Source of the DNA: an uncultured bacterium
GTDB lineage: Bacteria; Zixibacteria; MSB-5A5; GN15; FEB-12
Assembly: GCA_965372795.1 (NCBI GenBank)
Contig: CBDVDR010000004.1
Span: 96,001 to 160,000, forward strand
Length of the DNA stretch: 64,000 nt
Direction of reading: 5' to 3'
Shown here: positions 38,859-50,053 of the stretch, one piece after another
Position numbering within the stretch: position 1 is the first letter of the stretch
How the letters are laid out: every line of letters starts with the position of its first letter
Notes under the pieces: generated by a model
What the model was told of the DNA's origin: nothing
What the model saw: the letters and a program-made list of their open reading frames with translations, nothing else
Database searches by the model: none
Made by a program: the position numbers and the translations under genes

Positions 38859-39370
38859 TATTCAAACTCCAAAATTTTAGCATCTTTTTCAACCTGATCA
38901 CCAGTCTCTACTAAAATCTTTTTAACAATTCCATCAGCTTTGGCTTTGATGACATTTTCCATTTTCATCGCTTCAATAATTACCAGCGGTTGTTCTTTGA
39001 CTACTTCATCGCCCGGCTTAACTTTAAACTCTATGACCAAACCCGGCATTGGAGATTTAACAATTTTTTCAACTTTCTTATTACTCGACATGCCGGCGGT
39101 TTTACGAAGCTGGGCAAGATTGAAATCTTCAATTTCAGCCGGTATTTCCTGCCCTTTGATAAAGACTGATCGTGATTCATCAAACCCGTTCCCGCGTACA
39201 TCAATTTCGTTGGCTTCACCATTGATCAACAGCAATGAACGTTTGTTCCCAAGTTTGTGAGATATAACATCAAGCTCTTTACCATTTATAACTGCAATAA
39301 ATTTTCCGGATTGAGGTTTTAATTCAACTTCAAAATCATTGCCATTTATTTTAACCAAATATTTAGGCAT
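38858..39370 (-). CDS. Biotin carboxyl carrier protein
   Basis: SPMPG, EAMKMEN. Confidence 0.93.
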   Translation of the reverse strand: MPKYLVKINGNDFEVELKPQSGKFIAVINGKELDVISHKLGNKRSLLLINGEANEIDVRGNGFDESRSVFIKGQEIPAEIEDFNLAQLRKTAGMSSNKKVEKIVKSPMPGLVIEFKVKPGDEVVKEQPLVIIEAMKMENVIKAKADGIVKKILVETGDQVEKDAKILEFE

Positions 39371-40905
39371 TATTTGCTCCCGGAAAATTTACGAAGATTA
39401 TCACTGCGGTGAAATTGCTGCCAGTTGCTTTTGACCGAAGCTTCCTGACTCTGATTGCTAAAAGAAATTTTCCGTTCGTTTTCGTATTTTTCTATAGCGA
39501 CTGCAATAGCTGCAAACTCGCTTAATTTTTCATCTAATTGAAAATATTTATTGTCCGGATATTCATCTTCAAGAAATTTTGTCGAGATATCGCCCGATAC
39601 AAATTTTTCATTATCCATCAATACCCGATGAAACCCAATCGTTGTATTGACACCAGACACCCGATATTCCTCAAGGGCTCTTTTGGTGCGATTGATAGCT
39701 TCGGTACGATCTTTTCCCCAGACAACTAACTTCGCAATCAGCGGATCATAATAAACCGATACTTCGTTAAAAATTACAACCCCTGAATCAACCCGCACCC
39801 CCGGACCAGCCGGAAGGCGATAATTTTTTAGTTTACCGGTTGAAGGAATAAATCCCTGTTCAGGATTTTCGGCACAGATTCGGCATTCAATGGCATGACC
39901 GTTGGTTTGAATATCATCCTGAGAAAGAGTCAGCTTCTTACCCTCGGCAATATAAATTTGTTCTTTAACCAAATCAACTCCGGTGACCATCTCGGTAACA
40001 GGATGTTCCACCTGCAGGCGGGTGTTAACTTCAAGGAAGAAAAACTCGCTATCTTCAGTCACCATAAATTCTACTGTTCCGGCTCCTATATAGCCGGTTT
40101 TTTGGGCAATGTTTACTGATGCCGTTCCCATCTGTTCACGAAGTTCCTCGGTCATAAATGGCGAAGGTGTTTCTTCGATAAGTTTTTGATGGCGTCGTTG
40201 AATCGAACATTCTCTTTCACCAAGATGAATACAATTGCCATGGCTGTCGCAGAGGATTTGAAATTCAATATGGCGCGGTTTTTGTAAATAGCGTTCAATA
40301 AAAACCCGACCGTCTCCAAAAGCAGATTGGGCTTCGCTTGAGGCGCGATCCAAAGCGTTTTCAAAATCATCCAGCTTCTCAACAACCCGCATCCCTTTAC
40401 CGCCGCCACCGGCAGTAGCTTTAATCAAAATTGGAAACCCGACTTCCTGAGCACACCTTTTGGCTTCTTCTGAACTTAATCCTTCGATCTCCATTCCCGG
40501 CACCACCGGAAGTTTGGCATCAATTGCGGTTTGTCGCGCCTGAATTTTATCCCCAAGTTTTAAGATCGTTTCAGGTTTGGGTCCGATGAAAATAATATTT
40601 TCATCAGCGCATTTTTGAGCAAATCCTGAATTCTCGGCAAGGAAACCATATCCGGGATGGATAGCATCAGCACCCGAGTTTTTGGCTACCTCAATAATTT
40701 TATCCTGTACCAGATAACTTTCCGATGAAGGTGCATTACCGATATGATAGGCTTCATCCGCCATTCGAACATGATAAGCGGTTTTATCGGCTTCAGAAAA
40801 AACAGCCACCGATTTAATATCCATATCTTTGCAGGCCCGCATAATGCGCACAGCAATTTCGCCTCTATTGGCGACAAGTATTTTTTTAATATTGGTCGTA
40901 TTCAT
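39370..40905 (-). CDS. Biotin carboxylase subunit of an acyl-CoA (propionyl-CoA) carboxylase
   Basis: ANRGEIA, HPGYGFLAEN, GGGGKGMR, RECSIQRRHQK, EVNTRLQVEH. Confidence 0.93.
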   Translation of the reverse strand: MNTTNIKKILVANRGEIAVRIMRACKDMDIKSVAVFSEADKTAYHVRMADEAYHIGNAPSSESYLVQDKIIEVAKNSGADAIHPGYGFLAENSGFAQKCADENIIFIGPKPETILKLGDKIQARQTAIDAKLPVVPGMEIEGLSSEEAKRCAQEVGFPILIKATAGGGGKGMRVVEKLDDFENALDRASSEAQSAFGDGRVFIERYLQKPRHIEFQILCDSHGNCIHLGERECSIQRRHQKLIEETPSPFMTEELREQMGTASVNIAQKTGYIGAGTVEFMVTEDSEFFFLEVNTRLQVEHPVTEMVTGVDLVKEQIYIAEGKKLTLSQDDIQTNGHAIECRICAENPEQGFIPSTGKLKNYRLPAGPGVRVDSGVVIFNEVSVYYDPLIAKLVVWGKDRTEAINRTKRALEEYRVSGVNTTIGFHRVLMDNEKFVSGDISTKFLEDEYPDNKYFQLDEKLSEFAAIAVAIEKYENERKISFSNQSQEASVKSNWQQFHRSDNLRKFSGSK

Positions 40906-40923
40906 AAATAATAATTTGTTACC

Positions 40924-42474
40924 CTAAAGCGGTATGTTGCCATGTTTTTTAGCCGGGTTACTGTCTTTTTTAGTTTCAAGCATCTCAAAGGCACGAATCA
41001 ATCGCGCCCGGGTTGTTTTTGGTTCGATAACATCATCAACATACCCTCGTGCCGCTGCAATAAATGGATTGGCAAATTTTTCGCGGTAATCATCAGTCTT
41101 TTTCTGAAGTTCAGCTTCGGGGTCTTTGGCATTTGCAATATCTTTTTTGAAAATAATTTCAACCGCACCCTTTGGACCCATCACTGCAATTTCCGCCGTC
41201 GGCCAGGCATAGTTCATGTCACCCCGGACATGTTTACTGTTCATAACATCATAAGCGCCGCCGTAAGCCTTGCGGGTGATAACCGTAACTTTGGGAACGG
41301 TAGCTTCGCAATAGGCATATAGCAGCATCGCGCCATGTTTAATAATTCCGCCATGCTCCTGAGCAGTTCCGGGTAAAAATCCGGGTACATCCTCAAAAGT
41401 CAAAATCGGGATATTAAAAGCATCACAGAATCTGATAAACCGTCCGCCTTTAACAGATGAATCAATATCAAGCACACCTGCCTGCACAGCCGGTTGATTG
41501 GCAATGATACCAATTGACCGTCCGCCTAATCTTGCAAAACCAACCACAATATTCTGGGCAAAATCGGCATGTACTTCGAAAAACGAACCGGAATCAACTA
41601 TTGGATTTATTACGTCTCGAATATCATAAGGATGATTTGGATTTTCAGGAACTACACTGTTGAGTGATTCATCTTCACGGTCAAACGGATCGTTGGTTTC
41701 AATAAATGGCGGATCCTCAAGATTATTTTGAGAAACATATTCCATAAGTCTTTTCACTCTTGTAATTGTATCAGCTTCATTTTCACAGGCAAAATGACAA
41801 ACGCCTGATTTGGAAGCATGAACATCGGCGCCGCCAAGTGATTCGGCATCAACCGTTTCATGGGTCACAGTTTTTACTACATTGGGACCGGTCACAAACA
41901 TATAGGATGTCCCCTTTGTCATAAACACAAAATCAGTAATAGCCGGAGAGTAAACCGCTCCGCCGGCGCAAGGTCCTAAAATAACTGAGATCTGAGGAAT
42001 CACTCCCGATGCAATAGTATTACGAAGGAATATATCGGCATATCCGCCAAGCGATACAACCCCTTCCTGAATTCGCGCCCCGCCGGAATCATTCAAACCG
42101 ATCACAGGTGCTCCGACCTTCATCGCCATATCCATTATTTTACAAATTTTCTCAGCGTGGGCTTCAGACAGCGACCCTCCGAAAACTGTAAAATCCTGAG
42201 AAAAAACAAACACCATTCGCCCGTTTATTTTACCGCATCCGGTTACAACCCCGTCACCGAGAATTTTTTGCTTATCAAGACCAAAATCGCTTGAACGATG
42301 AGTGACAAACATATCAAATTCTTCAAACGAATTCTCATCCAGTAAAAGCTCCAACCGTTCGCGAGCAGTAAGTTTCCCCTTCTTATGCTGGGCTTCAATA
42401 CGTTTTTCTCCGCCGCCAAGTTTTGCCTGTTGGCGCATCTTTTCAAGCTGATTCAGTTTTTCTTCAAGTGACAT
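40924..42474 (-). CDS. pccB: Propionyl-CoA carboxylase beta (carboxyltransferase) subunit
   Basis: [43 protein letters not shown]. Confidence 0.9.
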   Translation of the reverse strand: MSLEEKLNQLEKMRQQAKLGGGEKRIEAQHKKGKLTARERLELLLDENSFEEFDMFVTHRSSDFGLDKQKILGDGVVTGCGKINGRMVFVFSQDFTVFGGSLSEAHAEKICKIMDMAMKVGAPVIGLNDSGGARIQEGVVSLGGYADIFLRNTIASGVIPQISVILGPCAGGAVYSPAITDFVFMTKGTSYMFVTGPNVVKTVTHETVDAESLGGADVHASKSGVCHFACENEADTITRVKRLMEYVSQNNLEDPPFIETNDPFDREDESLNSVVPENPNHPYDIRDVINPIVDSGSFFEVHADFAQNIVVGFARLGGRSIGIIANQPAVQAGVLDIDSSVKGGRFIRFCDAFNIPILTFEDVPGFLPGTAQEHGGIIKHGAMLLYAYCEATVPKVTVITRKAYGGAYDVMNSKHVRGDMNYAWPTAEIAVMGPKGAVEIIFKKDIANAKDPEAELQKKTDDYREKFANPFIAAARGYVDDVIEPKTTRARLIRAFEMLETKKDSNPAKKHGNIPL

Positions 42475-42496
42475 AGGTTTTATATCCTAACAAATT

Positions 42497-42562
42497 GTCA
42501 CACCGAGCGGAGTCGAAGTGTAACAAATCAATTGATCATCTTCAGGCTCCGCTCGAGATGAC
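42497..42562. repeat. REP-like imperfect inverted repeat
   Basis: GTCACACCGAGCGGAGTCGAAG ... CTTCAGGCTCCGCTCGAGATGAC; GC-rich arms in AT-rich intergenic DNA. Confidence 0.65.
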
Positions 42563-42591
42563 CTTTAGTGAAATCAGTCTGTTTTACTGCC

Positions 42592-43431
42592 TCAACAAGG
42601 CAAAGCCCGAACAACTGATATTTTTTCACCATCTTTTTTAACCAATCCCAAAGGGATATTACTATCATGAGCAAACGCTATCACAGCTTGCTTTTCTATT
42701 ATCTCAGGAATTTTTTTTCTTTTGATATCCATTGAATCAAGTGGAAACAGATCAAGAGCGGCTATATATGAAACTTTAATATGAGCCGAGCTTGGAATCA
42801 GATCAGAAAAATAATAAGCAAATTTATTTTCAGATTCAATTTCAATGGAATAATGACCGGATGTATGTCCGCCGGTATGTACCGCTTTTATTCCCGGGAA
42901 AAGCTCGGTATTGGCATCAATCAATTCAATTTGATGAGCATCTTTAAGTATTAGTAATCTTTCAGGAGTATAAATCGCCGAGGTTCGTTCATTCGGATTG
43001 ACAGCATCATCCCATTCGTTGCGTTCAACCATAATTTTTGCATTTTTAAACCTTGGCACCATTTTACCATCGACAAATTTGACCGCTCCGGCTGAATGAT
43101 CGGTATGCAAATGAGTCAATAAGATATAATCAATATTGTCAGGGGTTAGACCAACCGATGCCAGACCTTCATCCATCATCGTCACACCGTCGGTGTTGTA
43201 AACTTTTTTATCTTTCTCAGTTAAGGTGTCCCCAAGGCCGATATCGAAAATAATATTTTTCCCGTGGGCTTTTAATACAAAAAGGTTTGTAACCAGCGGG
43301 ATCATGTTATTGCTATCAGGTGTAATAAGTTTTTCCCACATCACCCGCGGAACCACTCCAAACATACTCCCTCCGTCGAGCTTAAATTTCTGCTCGACGA
43401 AAGAAGTTAATTCAAATTGACCTATTTTCAT
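42592..43431 (-). CDS. MBL-fold metallo-hydrolase (YtnP-like)
   Basis: LDGGSMFGVVP, THLHTDH, GGHT.GH. Confidence 0.88.
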   Translation of the reverse strand: MKIGQFELTSFVEQKFKLDGGSMFGVVPRVMWEKLITPDSNNMIPLVTNLFVLKAHGKNIIFDIGLGDTLTEKDKKVYNTDGVTMMDEGLASVGLTPDNIDYILLTHLHTDHSAGAVKFVDGKMVPRFKNAKIMVERNEWDDAVNPNERTSAIYTPERLLILKDAHQIELIDANTELFPGIKAVHTGGHTSGHYSIEIESENKFAYYFSDLIPSSAHIKVSYIAALDLFPLDSMDIKRKKIPEIIEKQAVIAFAHDSNIPLGLVKKDGEKISVVRALPC

Positions 43432-43442
43432 AATAAGCCTTA

Positions 43443-44585
43443 TTAACGACCGATAATATTTCCAGCGATAACAAGACGCTGTACTTCTGAAGTGCCTTCG
43501 TAAATCTCAAGCACTCTTTGGTCACGATACATTTTTTCGATCATTGAGAACTCACCGATATAACCATACCCGCCCCAGATCTGCATACATTTGTCAACGC
43601 AGAAATTTGCTGTTTCGGAGGCATACAGTTTTGCCATAGCAGCTTCGATAGAATATCTCTCGCCGGCATCAGAAAGCAGGGCAGCTTTATAAGTAAGACC
43701 GCGAGCAGCTTCAACCCGGGTTGCCATATCGGCAATCATCCATTGGATAGCCTGAAGTTTCGCAATCGGGGCGCCAAAGGCAATACGTTCTTTAGCCCGT
43801 TTGACAGATTCATCCAATGCCCGCTGAGCAAGACCAAGCGCCTGAGCAGCAACACCAATACGAGCGGAATCCAAAGTCTGCATTGCATAACGGAAACCGC
43901 GACCGACATCACCAAGCAGGTTTTCTTTTGGAACTTTAACATCTTTTAAGAAAATACCGCCGGTCGTTGCCGCACGCATACCCATTTTGTTTTTAAGTGT
44001 ACGTGCCTCCCATCCCGGTTGATCAGTTTCAACGATGAAAGCGGAAAGTTTCGGTTTGTCTTTGATTTTGCAGAATAAAATGGCTAAATCAGCAACATCG
44101 CCGTGCATAATAAAAATCTTCTCACCACTGATAAGAAAATGATCATCCATCTCAACAGCTTCGGTTGAACAATTCGAAGCATCAGAACCGGCATTCGGTT
44201 CAGTCAGTACAAAAGCCGGAATCCGTCGGCCAGTAGCACAATCGGCAACATATTTTTTCTGCTGTTCTTCATTGGCAAAATAAACCAGTGGATGAGTAGC
44301 TAACTGTCCAACAGCACAAAGCAGCCCAATAGCTGCATCGTAGTAACACAGTTCTTCAACCAGAGTACAATACTCAAGGAAACTTTTACCTTTGCCTTCA
44401 AATTTGGTTGGCATGCAGTACCCGATAAATCCGGCGGCACCAACTTTTTTGTAAAGATCATGAGGGAACTTCCTTGGTTCCGGCATTTGATCTAATTCTC
44501 TCGAAATTGGAACAATTTCTCTTTCTGCAAATATTTTTACTTCGTCCCTGACCGCCTGCTGGCGCGGATCAACATTTTTATTCAT
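43443..44585 (-). CDS. Acyl-CoA dehydrogenase
   Basis: LTEPNAGSD, G.K.FI, KMGMRA, R.AFG.PI..LQ, IWGGYGY, IYEGTSEVQR. Confidence 0.93.
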   Translation of the reverse strand: MNKNVDPRQQAVRDEVKIFAEREIVPISRELDQMPEPRKFPHDLYKKVGAAGFIGYCMPTKFEGKGKSFLEYCTLVEELCYYDAAIGLLCAVGQLATHPLVYFANEEQQKKYVADCATGRRIPAFVLTEPNAGSDASNCSTEAVEMDDHFLISGEKIFIMHGDVADLAILFCKIKDKPKLSAFIVETDQPGWEARTLKNKMGMRAATTGGIFLKDVKVPKENLLGDVGRGFRYAMQTLDSARIGVAAQALGLAQRALDESVKRAKERIAFGAPIAKLQAIQWMIADMATRVEAARGLTYKAALLSDAGERYSIEAAMAKLYASETANFCVDKCMQIWGGYGYIGEFSMIEKMYRDQRVLEIYEGTSEVQRLVIAGNIIGR

Positions 44586-44617
44586 GATTCCTCCACAACA
44601 TATTTTAAGTATTTATA

Positions 44618-45037
44618 TTACATTATTTTTTCATCATTATCTTTTTGAGCAACCGCTTTCTCAAGAAAACTGATTGTCTCAGAGGTCTTTGCTCCGGGCG
44701 TGAAAATTTCATCAACACCTAATCTTTTAAGTTCAATGATATCTTCCTGAGGAATTATCCCGCCTCCGAAAAGAATCATATCACTCGCACCTCTTTTTTT
44801 CATCTCATCTAAAATTGCAGGAAAAAGTGTCATGTGTGCTCCCGATAAAATCGAGATGCCAACCGCGTCGACGTCTTCCTGAACAGCCGCATCAACAATC
44901 ATTGATGGCGTTTGACGCAACCCGGTGTAAATAACTTCCATTCCGGCATCACGAAACGCAGCCGCGATAACTTTAATTCCCCGGTCATGACCATCAAGAC
45001 CCGGCTTGGCTAATAACACTCTAATTTTTTTTGACAT
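44618..45037 (-). CDS. Acyl-CoA mutase small (cobalamin-binding) subunit
   Basis: [10 protein letters not shown] (DxHxxG), SILSGAH, GGGIIP, IFTPG. Confidence 0.93.
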   Translation of the reverse strand: MSKKIRVLLAKPGLDGHDRGIKVIAAAFRDAGMEVIYTGLRQTPSMIVDAAVQEDVDAVGISILSGAHMTLFPAILDEMKKRGASDMILFGGGIIPQEDIIELKRLGVDEIFTPGAKTSETISFLEKAVAQKDNDEKIM

Positions 45038-45066
45038 AGTAATACTTTATTAAAATTATATATTTT

Positions 45067-46776
45067 TTACGAAACACTCATAGCTGCCGGAGTTTCAACA
45101 TATTCACCCCAGATTTCACGAAGCACATCACACATCTCACCCACCGATACATAAGCACGACTACATTCTAAAATTGCTTCAAATGTATTACCATCGGAGG
45201 ATGCAACTTTTCTAAGATTTTCCAGAGTCTTCTGTACGGCTGAAGCATCACGTTCCGCTTTTATCTTTTTACAAAATGAGACTTGTTCTTTTTCAACTTT
45301 ATAGTCGATTTTCAGAACCGGTATATCAATCTGTTCATTTTCAATAACAAAGTCATTTACGCCGACAACTTTTCTTTCGTTCTTCTCAATTTCCTGCTGA
45401 TAATTATATGCCGAACGGGCAAGCTCGCGTTGGAAATAACCATCTTCGATTCCCTGAAGCACTCCGCCCCGTCGTTCTATTTCTGCAAAGTAGTTTTCTG
45501 CTTCCTCTTCAAGCTTATCTGTCAGCCATTCGACAAACCAGGAACCACCAAGAGGATCAATAGTATTTGAGACACCGGATTCATAGGCAATAATCTGCTG
45601 GGTACGAAGAGCAATTGTTACCGCTTTTTCACTCGGCAGAGCCAGAGTTTCATCCATGGAGTTGGTATGAAGCGACTGGGTACCGCCTAAGACGCCTGAC
45701 ATTGCCTGTAATGCTACCCGGGCAATATTAATTTCCGGTTGCTGGGCAGTCAGGGAACAACCTGCTGTCTGGGTGTGAAAACGAAGTTTCCAACTGCGTT
45801 CATCTTTGGCACCATATTTATTTTTCATGTGACGCGCCCAGATTCTCCGAGCCGCACGATATTTGGCAATCTCTTCAAAGAAATCAGAATGAGCATTAAA
45901 AAAGAATGAAAGCCTCGGTGCAAATTCATCAATATTCTGACCGTCTGCTAAAGCTGATTCAACATAACAGAATCCATCGGCAAGAGTAAAAGCCAACTCC
46001 TGTGCCGCAGTTGCTCCCGCTTCTCTGATATGATAACCAGAGATTGAAATTGTATTCCATTGCGGAACTTTACGAGTACAATAATCCATCATATCAGTTA
46101 TTAATCTGATAGATGGTTTGGGTGGGAAGATAAATTCTTTCTGAGCGATAAATTCTTTTAAAATATCATTCTGAAGTGTTCCACGAATACGTTCAAACGG
46201 CACGCCCTGTTTTTCAGCAACACAAAGATACATTGCCAGAAGCATTGATGCTGGAGAATTTATTGTCATCGATGTTGACACATTTTCAAGATCAATACCA
46301 CCAAATATAATTTCCATATCAGCCAAAGTATCAACCGCAACTCCGCATTTTCCAACTTCACCCAAAGAACGTTCATGATCGCTGTCATATCCCATTAAAG
46401 TTGGAAGATCAAAGGCAGTCGATAGTCCGGTACCGCCTTCTTTTAAGATCATTTTAAACCGTTCGTTGGTCTGTTTGGGAGTCCCCATCCCGGCAAATTG
46501 TCGCATTGTCCATAAACGACTGCGATACATAGTGTGGTGCACCCCGCGGGTATAAGGGAATTCACCCGGATTGGCAATATTATCTTCAAAATATGAATCA
46601 TCGGTTATATTATTAATCATATCAGGAGTATACAACTCATCAATATCTTCACCTGAAACAGTAAAAAACCGAGGCATAGATTTTTTATCGCGGAATTTTG
46701 CCGCCTGTTTATCCCATTCATTAAGCCCTGATTTTAATTTATCAAGAAACTTCTTGCTGTACATATCATTCTCCAT
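45067..46776 (-). CDS. Acyl-CoA mutase large subunit, isobutyryl-CoA mutase (IcmA)-like
   Basis: WTMRQFAG (Phe in place of Tyr) and KEFIAQKE (Gln in place of Arg). Confidence 0.8.
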   Translation of the reverse strand: MENDMYSKKFLDKLKSGLNEWDKQAAKFRDKKSMPRFFTVSGEDIDELYTPDMINNITDDSYFEDNIANPGEFPYTRGVHHTMYRSRLWTMRQFAGMGTPKQTNERFKMILKEGGTGLSTAFDLPTLMGYDSDHERSLGEVGKCGVAVDTLADMEIIFGGIDLENVSTSMTINSPASMLLAMYLCVAEKQGVPFERIRGTLQNDILKEFIAQKEFIFPPKPSIRLITDMMDYCTRKVPQWNTISISGYHIREAGATAAQELAFTLADGFCYVESALADGQNIDEFAPRLSFFFNAHSDFFEEIAKYRAARRIWARHMKNKYGAKDERSWKLRFHTQTAGCSLTAQQPEINIARVALQAMSGVLGGTQSLHTNSMDETLALPSEKAVTIALRTQQIIAYESGVSNTIDPLGGSWFVEWLTDKLEEEAENYFAEIERRGGVLQGIEDGYFQRELARSAYNYQQEIEKNERKVVGVNDFVIENEQIDIPVLKIDYKVEKEQVSFCKKIKAERDASAVQKTLENLRKVASSDGNTFEAILECSRAYVSVGEMCDVLREIWGEYVETPAAMSVS

Positions 46777-46920
46777 TTAAATAGTCTCGCAAGATAACCA
46801 ATGATATTACGAAAATCAACAACCCAAACCTGTTTTTTTTTCAGATTTTATAAGATAAAGTTATGCAGGGCAATAAGATATTTTCTAATAATTGAGTTGT
46901 GGGAGGAATATGAAAAAGGA

Positions 46921-47865
46921 TTAGTTCTTTTTAAATTTTTGGTATAGTTTTTCGCTCACAACAAAAGGACTGATTTGCCGCTTCACAATGTCATCGAGAA
47001 GCTCATCAAATGAAAAGCCACTATTGAGAGTTTCGATAAACTCGCGTTGAAAGCGATTTTTGAGGATGTTCAATATCTTCCGCTTAATTTGTAATTTGCG
47101 ATGAGTAATAAAACTACCATTCTCAACTGAAAAATCAATATGCTCCAAAATGGCATCATACAAAACATCTATATTTTCATTTTTAATAGCAACTGTGGGA
47201 ATAACCGGAGGTTCCCAGCCGGCAGTATCTCTTTTTTGGAGATGAAGCGAATAAGTCAGTTCATCAACAATATTATCAGAGCCGGGTCGATCAGATTTAT
47301 TGACAACCATTACATCAGCAATTTCCATCAGACCGGCTTTCATTGTCTGTACCGAATCACCCGACTCCGGTACAACAGCAACAACCACAGTATCACAGGT
47401 ATCAATAATATCAAGCTCAACCTGCCCCACTCCAACAGTTTCAATTATTACGATGTCAAAACCGAAGGCATCCAATACTACCGCAATATTATCTGTTGAT
47501 GATGCTAATCCCCCAGAGGCGCCTCTGGTTGCCATTGAACGAAAATAAACTGATCCTTCTTTTGGTGTTTCCTGCATTCTGACCCGATCACCCAACAACG
47601 CCCCACCAGAGAATGGTGAGGTGGGGTCAATTGCTATGACCCCAACCCTTTTATCAGTTTTCAGAAATATATTTATCAGTCGATTAACAAGAGTTGATTT
47701 ACCCGCTCCCGGAGGTCCGGTTATGCCTATACGAAGAGCATTGCCGGATTGCAGATAGAGATTGTTCAACAAATCACGATAACCATCTTTCCTGTTTTCC
47801 ACGAAAGAGATTATTTTTGAAAGAGAACGAATATCTCCCTTGTAAAACTGATCAAGAACTGTCAT
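46921..47865 (-). CDS. meaB: Mutase-associated G-protein chaperone
   Basis: GITGPPGAGKST, DPTSPFSGGALLGDRVRM, RSMATRG, ETVGVGQ, NKSD. Confidence 0.93.
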   Translation of the reverse strand: MTVLDQFYKGDIRSLSKIISFVENRKDGYRDLLNNLYLQSGNALRIGITGPPGAGKSTLVNRLINIFLKTDKRVGVIAIDPTSPFSGGALLGDRVRMQETPKEGSVYFRSMATRGASGGLASSTDNIAVVLDAFGFDIVIIETVGVGQVELDIIDTCDTVVVAVVPESGDSVQTMKAGLMEIADVMVVNKSDRPGSDNIVDELTYSLHLQKRDTAGWEPPVIPTVAIKNENIDVLYDAILEHIDFSVENGSFITHRKLQIKRKILNILKNRFQREFIETLNSGFSFDELLDDIVKRQISPFVVSEKLYQKFKKN

Positions 47866-47867
47866 AC

Positions 47868-49616
47868 CTATCTATAATCTGAAGAAAGAGTACTGACTGT
47901 CGATTTAATATCTTTCAATCGTACCTGAATCTTCGTGATATTATTATAAGTGTTATATTCAACTACATAAACAATATCTACCAGTGAACCTTCAGATGAG
48001 ATATGTTTTACCATATCGCCGAACCCATATCCGATAACATCAAAAGTAGCCGTACCTTTTCTGATTTTCATCCGTAAATGATTTTTTCCGACAGTATAAG
48101 GTCTGCCGATAACTTCACAATTACGGGTTAAAAATACGGGACGGGTATTCTGAGGTCCAAATGGCGCAAAATCATCAATAGACTGAACCAAATCATCATT
48201 GATCGCTGAAAGTTCAATTTCAAGATCAATATTCATCTTCGGAGCCACATCTTCAACAGTTAGTCCGGATGCGGAGACTTCAATAAATCTTTTGCGAAAC
48301 TCTTCCACATTCTCCTGCTTGATTGAAAGTCCGGCAGCATATTTGTGACCACCATACTTGATCAAAAGATCCTCGCACTTTTTTAATGCTTCACAAAGAT
48401 GAAATCCGGGGATCGACCTGGCTGAACCTTTTCCTACTCCGTTATTGATAGAAATCATAACAGTTGGAAGATGATATTTTTCAACCAGTCGCGATGCAAC
48501 AATCCCGATTACACCTTGATGCCAGCCTTCACCGGCAAGCACGATGGCGCGATCATTATCAAGATCAGTAACTTCTTCCATTTGAGCCAAAGCATCTTTT
48601 AAAGTTTCCTGATCAATCTCTTTGCGACGTTTGTTTTCAGTATCAAGTTTTCGAGCAATTTCTGAGGCAATTTGCTCATCTTTGGTAGCCAAAAGTTTTA
48701 TCGCTTCACCGGCATCGCCTAATCTTCCCAAGGCATTTATCCGGGGAGCGAGTATAAAAACCACTTGACCGGTACTGATATCTTTACCCATCAGTCCGGA
48801 AACAAAAGTTAATGATTTTAAACCGGGTTTAGTTGTTCTTGAAATCTGACGAAGTCCAAATTTCGTAATAACTCTGTTTTCACCAACCAATGGAACAATA
48901 TCAGCAGCTGTACCCATAGCTACCAGATCCAGATGTTCATCAAGTTCCGATTCATCCTGATGCATAGAGCGATATAATGCCTGAGCAAATTTGTAGGCAA
49001 CGCCCACGCCGGATAATTCCTCGCCATAATCACAGGTTGCTTGTTTGGGATTGATCACAGCTTTAGCTTTTGGAATTGTTTCACCCTGTTCATGGTGATC
49101 AGTAATAATTACATCAATTCCTACCGAAGTTGCATACTCAATCTCTTCAACGGCTGTGATTCCGGTATCGACTGTAATGATTAACGAACAGCCAATTTTC
49201 TTGGCGTCATCAATCGCTTGATTCGATAAGCCATACCCTTCAACCAGTCGATTTGGCAGAAAAAAGTCTACCTGGGCACCGAGTTTATTCAGAACAATGT
49301 ACAAAAGCGATGTTGCTGTTATACCATCAACATCATAATCTCCATAAATAACAATTTTCTCATTATTTACAAAGGCTTGTCCGACACGTTCTACACCGGC
49401 CGCCATTCCTTTTAACTCAAGAGGATCTTTAAGATCCGCCAGACTTGGTTTCAGGAATTGGTCAATTTGTTCAGCAGTATCAATGTTTCGATTGATCAGA
49501 ACTTTGACTATTTGCGGTTTTAAACCGGTATCGTTAGACAGTTGAACTACTAACTCGTGCTCAGGTACAGGAGCCAACACCCATTTTAATGGGGTCGACT
49601 TTTGACCCGCTATCAT
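47868..49616 (-). CDS. recJ: Single-stranded-DNA exonuclease RecJ
   Basis: YGDYDVDG, PNR..EGYG, TDHH, APRINA.GR, GSARS, GGH; start at ATG 49616 after GGAGG. Confidence 0.96.
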   Translation of the reverse strand: MIAGQKSTPLKWVLAPVPEHELVVQLSNDTGLKPQIVKVLINRNIDTAEQIDQFLKPSLADLKDPLELKGMAAGVERVGQAFVNNEKIVIYGDYDVDGITATSLLYIVLNKLGAQVDFFLPNRLVEGYGLSNQAIDDAKKIGCSLIITVDTGITAVEEIEYATSVGIDVIITDHHEQGETIPKAKAVINPKQATCDYGEELSGVGVAYKFAQALYRSMHQDESELDEHLDLVAMGTAADIVPLVGENRVITKFGLRQISRTTKPGLKSLTFVSGLMGKDISTGQVVFILAPRINALGRLGDAGEAIKLLATKDEQIASEIARKLDTENKRRKEIDQETLKDALAQMEEVTDLDNDRAIVLAGEGWHQGVIGIVASRLVEKYHLPTVMISINNGVGKGSARSIPGFHLCEALKKCEDLLIKYGGHKYAAGLSIKQENVEEFRKRFIEVSASGLTVEDVAPKMNIDLEIELSAINDDLVQSIDDFAPFGPQNTRPVFLTRNCEVIGRPYTVGKNHLRMKIRKGTATFDVIGYGFGDMVKHISSEGSLVDIVYVVEYNTYNNITKIQVRLKDIKSTVSTLSSDYR

Positions 49617-49642
49617 TTTCTCCTCCAATTCTGAAGGACTGT

Positions 49643-50003
49643 ATAAGTAGGAAATAAGCCGAGTTCTGTAACTTCTTGCGAAGCCAACAGTCATTTATCT
49701 GGATATCCGGTTACCCGAATATTCATGCAGCCTACCCGAGAATCAAACAGAGCGAATCAACTCCTCTTCTCCTATTTGGCCTTGCTCCGAACGGGGTTTA
49801 CCCTCATACGACATTACTGCCGAATGCCGTGGTCTCTTACACCACGATTTCACCCTTACCTCATTGCTGAGGCGGTATAGTTTCTGTGGCACTATCCATC
49901 GGATCACTCCGCCCCGGTGTTACCGGGCGTCCTGATTCTGTGGAGCTCGGACTTTCCTCACCTTAAATAAAAAATTTAAAGCGCGACTGTTCCTCCTACT
50001 TAA
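49643..50003 (-). ncRNA. rnpB: RNase P RNA
   Basis: Minus strand has GAGGAAAGTCCGAGCTCC near the 5' end, AGTGCCACAGAAA, and ACAGAACTCGGCTTA near the 3' end; terminal P1 pairing TAAGTAGGA/TCCTACTTA. Confidence 0.95.
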
Positions 50004-50053
50004 GCAGCCATTCTTTTATATATTAACACTACAAATTCTTTCATGTTCAACCG

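Noticed and set aside
46777..46920. Cobalamin riboswitch upstream of the mutase genes
   Set aside because: The gap is short and AT-rich with no recognisable B12-box; only a sigma70-like promoter is apparent.
49617..49870. N-terminal extension of RecJ to 49694 and ORF 49676..49870
   Set aside because: Both overlap the RNase P RNA; RecJ has a good RBS and ATG at 49616.
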